Source: Desulfomonilia bacterium (lineage in GTDB: Bacteria > Desulfobacterota > Desulfomonilia > UBA1062). Taken from it: a DNA stretch of 16,195 nucleotides. Where the stretch lies: the NCBI GenBank assembly GCA_050014195.1, contig JBEKDT010000027.1, positions 1 to 16,195 on the forward strand. Direction: 5' to 3'. Both the position numbers and the translations under genes were made by a program. Below, one piece after another: positions 10,518 through 16,195 of this stretch (positions are counted from its first letter, which is position 1; each line of letters begins with the position of its first letter). The notes beneath the pieces were generated by a model, which saw only the letters and a program-made list of their open reading frames with translations, did no database searches and was not told where the DNA came from.

Positions 10518-10916
10518 TCACCCGGCGATGGGGAGATTGTGCTTCCTGGCGATTGCCGGGTAATTCGCGTATGCCGGCTTTAAGAGGGGCAGGAGCTTGA
10601 GCACTTTGGGCATGGGCCCTTTGGCCTTGATGAGGCCCTTGGCGAGTGCTATTGGCAGGCTTACCTCCTTGAGCCAGAACTTGTGGCAGGTGTCGCCGCT
10701 CAAGGTCATCTCGATGGTGGGTTTGTAATCCGCAGGGCCACAGATGACCTTGCCGTCGTTGGTGAGCCAGATGAAGCCTTCCGGGTCGCTGATGGTGAAC
10801 TTGATGACGATGTTCGACTCGAGGTACTTGTCGTAGAGTCCCTTGTCCTGCATGAGGAGATTGAAGAGACTGCCCAGAACCTCGTACATCTTGTCGGTAC
10901 TTGCAAATACTGCCAT
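10518..10916 (-). CDS. SCP2 sterol/lipid-binding domain protein
   Basis: 132 aa from ATG 10916 (SD AAGGAGG), preferred over the 10973 start. The C-terminal half, MTLSGDTCHKFWLKEVSLPIALAKGLIKAKGPMPKVLKLLPLL, fits the SCP2 pattern. Confidence 0.8.
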   Translation of the reverse strand: MAVFASTDKMYEVLGSLFNLLMQDKGLYDKYLESNIVIKFTISDPEGFIWLTNDGKVICGPADYKPTIEMTLSGDTCHKFWLKEVSLPIALAKGLIKAKGPMPKVLKLLPLLKPAYANYPAIARKHNLPIAG

Positions 10917-11039
10917 AGAATCCTCCTTTTTGTCGTGTATGGTCGGGACAAAAATAACGTCCGTAAATCCCATGTATTCAAAAGTCGTGAGTACAAGCTC
11001 ACAAAATCAAATCAGATGCCATTTCCGCATTCCGCTTTA

Positions 11040-11693
11040 TTATTTCCGCAATTTTTTTGTCTTTGCTTCCCTCCTTTCCTGTTTTGCGGGGCCTTCATAT
11101 GAATCCAGGAGGCCTCTGACGGACCGCTTAAGACTCTCGACGGCCCACTGGGTGGAATGTTCGCCGCGTGCAAGATACCAGCGTGTGGCTATTCCCTGGT
11201 AGATGGCCGAGATGGTGCGTGCAGCACATTCGGCGTCCACATTAACATAGCGTCCCTGGGACTGGCCCAGGAGGATAGCCTTTTTCAGGAGCTTGACCCA
11301 GTTGTTGATCCAGTCGCTGAAGATCTCCCGGTATTCCTGGTCGTGGACGGCAATGGACATGAAATCATAGAGGATGGGGTATCCGGTATCAACGTCAGGG
11401 TCCTGCGCATTATAGAGCCATTCAAAGGAAAGGACCTGCTCCAGGGGGTCATCGAAGAAGGACATGGTTTCATCGCCGCGCACGAAGATGCGCTGAAAAA
11501 ATTCCTGGAACGCGGCCTTGAAGAGGTCGTTTTTGGATTTGTAGTAGTGGGCCAGACCGCCCTTGGAGAGGCCTGCGGTCTTGCAGATGTCATCCATGGT
11601 GACGTTTGCACACCCTCTTTCGGTAATGGTCTTAAGGGCGGCATCGATGATCTGGGCCTTACGAATCGCCTCAAGCTCCGCATTCGGCGGCAT
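11040..11693 (-). CDS. TetR/AcrR family transcriptional regulator
   Basis: N-terminal HTH RKAQIIDAALKTITERGCANVTMDDICKTAGLSKGGLAHYYKSKNDLF. Start placed at ATG 11693 with GGAGG at 11705-11701. Confidence 0.95.
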   Translation of the reverse strand: MPPNAELEAIRKAQIIDAALKTITERGCANVTMDDICKTAGLSKGGLAHYYKSKNDLFKAAFQEFFQRIFVRGDETMSFFDDPLEQVLSFEWLYNAQDPDVDTGYPILYDFMSIAVHDQEYREIFSDWINNWVKLLKKAILLGQSQGRYVNVDAECAARTISAIYQGIATRWYLARGEHSTQWAVESLKRSVRGLLDSYEGPAKQERREAKTKKLRK

Positions 11694-11852
11694 CAAAAAC
11701 CCTCCTTATAACTTATGGCTTCTTTTGGATAATAATGCCCGTATTCTTTGAGAGCGCACAAGGGTATCACCCATGCGGATGGCAATCGTGATGCGGGAAT
11801 CTTTGCTCGGCGGAATCGGCTATCTCAATAAACCGACCATGTGATATTTCTA

Positions 11853-11864
11853 CCGACCGGTCGG
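11853..11864. promoter_or_regulatory. palindromic operator, probably bound by the adjacent TetR
   Basis: Perfect 12 bp palindrome CCGACCGGTCGG just downstream of the predicted -10 box. An extra half-site ACCGACC lies at 11832-11838. Confidence 0.65.
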
Positions 11865-11875
11865 ATTATTTTTAT

Positions 11876-11903
11876 ATAATATTCGCCTCTCCCTCTTTGT
11901 CAA
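11876..11903 (-). promoter_or_regulatory. sigma70-type promoter of the tetR-led operon
   Basis: On the minus strand: TTGACA (11903-11898), a 16 nt spacer, then TATTAT (11881-11876). Confidence 0.65.
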
Positions 11904-11970
11904 GAGGGAAGCTTATAATAAGTTGTCAGACAATATATCAAGGCAAGTATTGATGGCTCATCACCGTAAT

Positions 11971-12206
11971 GCATCCTCGAGAGCACACAAAGGGCTATCC
12001 CACCACGAAGAGCACGAAGGACACGAAGAAAAGAATCCTATTGAAATCTCCGACTGAGGCAAGAGATCCACGAGTGTCCGTTCTGATTTTCTCTGATCAT
12101 CTTCGTGCTCTTCGTGGTGGTACTCCTATGTCTGCTCGAACCCCATGCTCCATTTTGGTTGCGGCTATGCTGCGCTAAGTCCTTCGTGTCCTTCGTGGTA
12201 AGAACA
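11971..12206 (+). repeat. palindromic CACGAAG-type repeat element, copy A (REP/MITE-like)
   Basis: Left arm CCACCACGAAGAGCACGAAGGACACGAAGA (12000-12029), right arm TCTTCGTGCTCTTCGTGGTGG (12100-12120) and a second right arm at 12180-12199. It aligns by eye with the reverse complement of 12641-12809. Confidence 0.8.
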
Positions 12207-12280
12207 ATGAGCCCTGCGGTATACACACAAGGATGTTGACACAGCATGGCCCCCCATGACATATTCCCCAAGAGTTATTC

Positions 12281-12508
12281 ATGGCGGGGTTGCTCATGGG
12301 GTTGAAGGGTTTCGGGGAAAATTCCAAGCTCATCTTTATCGGCATTGCCGTGGTCTTAGGCTTTATCTTCATCCTCCAGAACTTCGAGCAGACCTCCTTC
12401 CAGTTCCTCATCTGGACGCTCTTTACCGCACCCAAGTGGATCGTGGTCTCAGGCACCTTCCTCATCGGGATGGCCTTCGGGTTCTTGATGGGCAAGAAGA
12501 AGGCCTGA
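12281..12508 (+). CDS. small two-TM membrane protein, LapA/DUF1049-like
   Basis: Up to 75 aa; the start could be the second Met. Pattern: TM helix, FILQN, FLIWT, TM helix, basic tail KKKA, typical of LapA-domain proteins. Confidence 0.72.
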   Translation: MAGLLMGLKGFGENSKLIFIGIAVVLGFIFILQNFEQTSFQFLIWTLFTAPKWIVVSGTFLIGMAFGFLMGKKKA

Positions 12509-12640
12509 TCAAGACATAAAGCTCTTCTCATTGAAGCATACTTTTTAAGAGGCTCTCAACAGATCTGAAGATAATACCCCTTTATTTTGCATTGAATTGA
12601 GGGTCAGGTGTATGGCATGGTTCGCATGTTCTTTGGTACT

Positions 12641-12809
12641 GGTGTTCTTCACCACGAAGGACACGAAGAGCACGAAGAAGATCTAAGAAATTCAGAACAG
12701 ACAATCGTGGGTTCTTTGAACCGGTCAACTATTTCAAAAGGCTTCCTTTCTTCGTGTCCTTCGTGCTCTTCGTGGTTAGATATCCCTTTTGTGTGCTCCT
12801 CAATGATCC
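12641..12809 (-). repeat. palindromic CACGAAG-type repeat element, copy B (inverted relative to copy A)
   Basis: Arms CACCACGAAGGACACGAAGAGCACGAAGAA (12650-12679) and TTCTTCGTGTCCTTCGTGCTCTTCGTGGTT (12748-12777). The loop and outer flank are also homologous to copy A. Confidence 0.8.
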
Positions 12810-12877
12810 GAGTATGCTTTATGTGATGAACCGGACATATACATGTCTTGGGCGAAGTCCGCATGGATTGCCCCTCA

Positions 12878-13846
12878 TCATGTGTGCGCCTGACCGCCCA
12901 CCACATGGTTACGATACCAGCGTCTTCCCAGCATGCGCTGGTAATGCCAGGCAACCATGGGCAATAGACCCCGCGACCTTAACCAATATTGATCGGGTAT
13001 TTTCTCATGGCTGGGCACTTCGCCCAGAGAAACCTCGGCGCAGACAATGCCCTGGCCTTCATCATGACTGCGGCGTGCGATCACCCTGCCTGCTGCATCC
13101 ACGATGGCCGCATTCCCTTCAAAATATCCCCAATACGGCAGCAGGGGCAGGCCGAACATGGGGCACCTGATTTGTCCGCAGTGTGCGGCGTGGATGACCG
13201 GGGTGCCCACCAGCCGCGCGGTATCCTGCACGCACGCCAGGGCATTAAGGGCGTTCTGAGTCTCCCATGGGTCCTTTATCCAGCCCGGCAGATAGGTAGG
13301 GATGCTCCACCAGCACGAGCCTCCCATGATGACATCGACCCTGTTTCGAAGTCTTTGTGCAGTCATGGTGCGCATGTACTCCCAGCAGACCGCAGCCCCG
13401 ACACGGACACCATCATATTCCCCCAGAATACCGGTATCACCCGGATCGCCCCCCTCATAAAACGCATTCTCCCACATGGTCGGCAGATCCTTGTCATGCC
13501 GGCCGATCAGCGTGCCGTTCGCGAATGCCATATAGCGGTTTCTCACGGCACCGCCGGATATGCGGCACAGGAAGGAACCACCGATGACGATGTGGTGCCG
13601 TGCCGAGAAATCACGCAGAAAAGACGCAGCCGGACCGCTGTCGGTTTCTATGGCGTCTGCAATCCGCGGGTTCCAGGCAACCCCGGTGTTGAAGAATTCC
13701 GGGAGCGCGATCCATTGGGCGCCTTCCTGAACAGCCTCCCATGCAAGTCGCTCGCAGCCTGCAATATTCGCTGCCGAGTCGGCTATCTTCGTGGCAAGCT
13801 GAATTGCCGCCGCCCTCACTGGTTTGTTCATATTTTCATCATTCAT
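12878..13846 (-). CDS. carbon-nitrogen hydrolase (nitrilase/amidase superfamily)
   Basis: 322 aa with the catalytic triad motifs LPEFF (Glu), HDKDLP (Lys) and VCWE (Cys), plus an N-terminal AAAIQL strand. Confidence 0.92.
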   Translation of the reverse strand: MNDENMNKPVRAAAIQLATKIADSAANIAGCERLAWEAVQEGAQWIALPEFFNTGVAWNPRIADAIETDSGPAASFLRDFSARHHIVIGGSFLCRISGGAVRNRYMAFANGTLIGRHDKDLPTMWENAFYEGGDPGDTGILGEYDGVRVGAAVCWEYMRTMTAQRLRNRVDVIMGGSCWWSIPTYLPGWIKDPWETQNALNALACVQDTARLVGTPVIHAAHCGQIRCPMFGLPLLPYWGYFEGNAAIVDAAGRVIARRSHDEGQGIVCAEVSLGEVPSHEKIPDQYWLRSRGLLPMVAWHYQRMLGRRWYRNHVVGGQAHT

Positions 13847-13944
13847 GGTGATTTATGATGCCTCCTTATTTGTATTCTCTAAAACTGGAGCACTTATGAT
13901 AAAATACGTGCTATCATCAAAATATCAATACGGGGGTTTATTCT

Positions 13945-14340
13945 ATGGCATATCTTCTTTATCTGCATATTTTTTTCATGGCATCAGCAGTAGTGCTCGT
14001 CATATCCGCCTTTGCAATCGTCCGCAGAAAGAAAACCGGCTGGTTCGCCCGTCACCGCAGGATAGCGCTTCTGTCAGTATTGTCGGCACTTCTTGGGTTC
14101 ATTGCAGAGTTCATCTTTAAGACAGCCATGCATTACCCGCACTTGAAATCGCCGCATGCCTTTGCCGGTGTGATATCATTAATCATGCTCATCATTACCC
14201 CTGCCACGGGTTGGCTGATTGCCTCTGACCCCAAGAGATACCGGGTAATTCACAAGACCCTGGGAAAAATCACTTCTGTTGCCGTTCTTATAACCGCATC
14301 CATGGGAATAGCGCGGTTTATCCAACTTTCGAGGAGATAA
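13945..14340 (+). CDS. four-TM membrane protein with four His, cytochrome b561-like (DUF420/DUF4079-like)
   Basis: 131 aa with four hydrophobic helices, each with a His at its start: LYLH, WFARH, KSPHAFAG and RVIHKTLG. Confidence 0.7.
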   Translation: MAYLLYLHIFFMASAVVLVISAFAIVRRKKTGWFARHRRIALLSVLSALLGFIAEFIFKTAMHYPHLKSPHAFAGVISLIMLIITPATGWLIASDPKRYRVIHKTLGKITSVAVLITASMGIARFIQLSRR

Positions 14341-14471
14341 ACCTAACGGCTTGTAGCTTACCCGCCAGGCGAATTTATGAGGCTTCTATCTGTTCGAGGC
14401 TACCTGTGAGACGAAACCCTGCCTTAATTCGGCGCACGATTAGCCTGGTCGGGTGCAGCGACTGGTTGGGC
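14341..14471 (-). mobile_element. integron attC site (131 bp) of the HEPN gene cassette
   Basis: Minus strand reads GCCCAAC-CAGTC-GCTGCACCCGACCAGGCTAAT...ATTCGCCTGGCGGGTAAGC-TACAAGCC-GTTAGGT. It has RYYYAAC and GTT-core ends, pairing L boxes with extrahelical bases and a long central loop, and it overlaps the 3' end of the upstream ORF. Confidence 0.78.
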
Positions 14472-15977
14472 AGACTCTTCTGCTTCCTTCTGTTTCTGCA
14501 AGTGCTCTAGATTGAAATAAAGCATAAAGGTGTAATGCCATACACTGTCTATCATTGAAGCTACTGTAGAACGCAGGTCGATTGGCGAAAACGGTCGTGC
14601 AATGCCTCCTGATTTGAAGCTGTCTTGGATTACCTTCAAGAGCGATAACGCCTCATAATAATTGTCAGAATCTATCACAGCGAATTCCTGCATTCGCTTG
14701 GTTAGTTCTGAAGACTCATCAGGAGCAGAGGCGAGGTACTGCTGAATCATCAGTTTAGCAGTGCTTATCAATTGGTCAACCTTCAACCCTTTTTCTGCGA
14801 CAAACCGATAGGTCTCAATGTCGCGAACATCTTGACTCGTGGCTACTATTCGATCGGTAGGAGTTCCATCTCCTTTGCTAAGCGCCTGGCAAATCCGTTC
14901 TAATCTCTGCTGATTTGTCACCAGCAAGGAGTCCAACTTCAGTCGCTTGGCTATCTGTGCACCAGTTAGTATAGTCGCGACACAAACCTGGAATACCTGC
15001 CGCCCATAAGAGACCAATGAGCGATATTCCAACTCAGGCCTCCCGGATGGCTTTTTGGGGTCATCGGTGGCGACGAACATTAGGCTGGCAGACCGCCCTT
15101 TATGAACAATCTGGGAGCGAGCTCCGTAGAACTGCGATAGCCAACTGTCGAGGCGGGGGACATCTCCTACAAGGAGACCGACTGCCTCTTTGAAGCGTGC
15201 GGTAACTTTCTCCCCTGCCTCAAGGTCTAGCAGGCTTTCGAAGGCAATTGCAAGATTGACTAAAGCCACACTTTCATCAATATCGATTTCTATGCTTCTA
15301 TTATACCAAGTAAGCGCAGTGAGCATCCGTTCGCTCAAATTGTCTCTCTCTTCTCTCGCTGTGAAATACTCAAGTACTGGTCGGTAGAGTCGAGACTGAG
15401 AGAGACGATAGTTGAGGTCGGCGCTTAAGTCCTGGGAGATGTTGAGCCACAGACTCACCGTTGGAGGGAAGATGCGACTACCACGAGTTACCCAAAAATA
15501 CAATTCGTTGTTGAGTCTGCCTTCATAGCCTTCTATTTCGCTTCTGGAGTCGAAATCTAGATTTTGACCTTCTGCTAGGGTCTCTACATTGTGATCGTTT
15601 ACGAGTAGGTATTTGGAAACCTGCTTAGGTTGAAGCAGGTAGAGGCTCGCGTGTTCGTACCGCAAGAAGGGGTCTCCAGATGTGGGATGAGGCGAAGAAT
15701 AGATGAAGCGTGCAAGTGCCTGGAACTCAAGGAGCTGCTGTGTGAACTCGGAAGCGCTAAAACCCTCACTTGAAGCGTGAAACGCATATGATATCTTCTG
15801 TATTCGGTGATGATCGCGCAGGAAGAACATAGTGCAAAGCGTTTTGAGATGTCGAACCACATCAGGCGGTAGGTCAGTAAAGTCGTCACTGTTTTTAATC
15901 GCGAGACTCTGATAGAGCACCGGCCCCGAGGTCTTGAGGTAAGGGAAAAATGCAAATGTGTATTCGCTTTCTGCCAT
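14424..15977 (-). CDS. HEPN-domain protein (ApeA-like HEPN), candidate defence or toxin RNase
   Basis: 517 aa containing ALTWYNRS...LVNLAIAFESLL...QFYGARSQIVHKG, with the RxxxxH motif at 15119-15102. SD AGGAG at 15990-15986. Visibly less GC-rich than the operon, and the stop codon lies inside an attC. Confidence 0.75.
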   Translation of the reverse strand: MAESEYTFAFFPYLKTSGPVLYQSLAIKNSDDFTDLPPDVVRHLKTLCTMFFLRDHHRIQKISYAFHASSEGFSASEFTQQLLEFQALARFIYSSPHPTSGDPFLRYEHASLYLLQPKQVSKYLLVNDHNVETLAEGQNLDFDSRSEIEGYEGRLNNELYFWVTRGSRIFPPTVSLWLNISQDLSADLNYRLSQSRLYRPVLEYFTAREERDNLSERMLTALTWYNRSIEIDIDESVALVNLAIAFESLLDLEAGEKVTARFKEAVGLLVGDVPRLDSWLSQFYGARSQIVHKGRSASLMFVATDDPKKPSGRPELEYRSLVSYGRQVFQVCVATILTGAQIAKRLKLDSLLVTNQQRLERICQALSKGDGTPTDRIVATSQDVRDIETYRFVAEKGLKVDQLISTAKLMIQQYLASAPDESSELTKRMQEFAVIDSDNYYEALSLLKVIQDSFKSGGIARPFSPIDLRSTVASMIDSVWHYTFMLYFNLEHLQKQKEAEESAQPVAAPDQANRAPN

Positions 15978-15999
15978 TTAGCTCACTCCTGTTGAACCC

Positions 16000-16027
16000 C
16001 ACTGGCAAGACTTCGTCTTTGCCAGTG
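16000..16027. repeat. REP-like hairpin in the leader of the HEPN gene
   Basis: CACTGGCAAGAC-TTC-GTCTTTGCCAGTG forms a 12 bp stem with one bulged T. Confidence 0.6.
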
Positions 16028-16195
16028 CCACCCAATACATACCTTCTATCATTTCTCACCCAGGCCACCCGTGATGTTCCCCAAGAAAAGTGGACCACTA
16101 TTTGTATTACCTTGCCAGTGCTTCATATTCAACAGGGGAACAGTAATTGATCCCCGAGTGTATCCGTTTCCTGTTGTAAAAATGGGTGATATATC

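Noticed and set aside
12000-12777. CACGAAG repeats as a CRISPR array
   Set aside because: The units are 9 nt tandem repeats arranged as palindrome arms. There are no 25-40 nt direct repeats with unique spacers and no cas genes.
11971-12809. Repeat pair as a DGR template/variable repeat, given a retroelement nearby
   Set aside because: The differences between copies are not adenine-specific and include indels, neither copy lies in a target gene's 3' end, and no DGR RT is visible.
11969-12954. Short ORFs 11969-12178, 12038-12271, 12608-12826 and 12649-12954 (TTKSTKDTK and HHEGHEEHEE peptides)
   Set aside because: Their low-complexity peptides are simply translations of the 9 nt repeat arms, and they have no convincing SD or family motif.
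2650-14471. Oppositely oriented attC sites defining one mobile or invertible 12 kb unit
   Set aside because: The sites are unrelated in sequence and length and the left ones are degenerate. Independent cassette insertions are the simpler explanation.
16030-16036. ATTGGGT (minus strand) as the 5' core of the HEPN cassette
   Set aside because: It lacks the invariant G of GTT and adjoins the REP-like hairpin, so the cassette's 5' boundary cannot be fixed from this window.

Overview
Bacterial window, probably from an anaerobic deltaproteobacterium-like genome (inference from gene content only). Left to right: the 5' end of a group II intron on the minus strand running off the left edge; a katG catalase-peroxidase with its own sigma70 promoter; two degenerate integron attC sites bracketing a ~105 bp deleted cassette remnant; and a nine-gene minus-strand lipid/acyl-CoA operon (TetR, SCP2, two DUF2148-like Fe-S proteins, acyl-CoA ligase, atypical acyl-CoA dehydrogenase, SCP2-type thiolase, extended SDR, classical SDR) with a clear promoter and palindromic operator. 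Next come a small LapA-like membrane gene flanked by two inverted copies of a ~165 bp palindromic CACGAAG element, a nitrilase-family hydrolase and a four-His cytochrome b561-like membrane protein. The window ends with a solitary attC-bearing cassette encoding a 517 aa HEPN (RxxxxH) protein whose leader can fold to hide its ribosome-binding site. The best candidates for undescribed biology are the hydratase-less beta-oxidation-like operon with a tandem DUF2148 pair and non-canonical catalytic motifs, and the orphan HEPN cassette. All family assignments come from motif recognition by eye; no database search was run.
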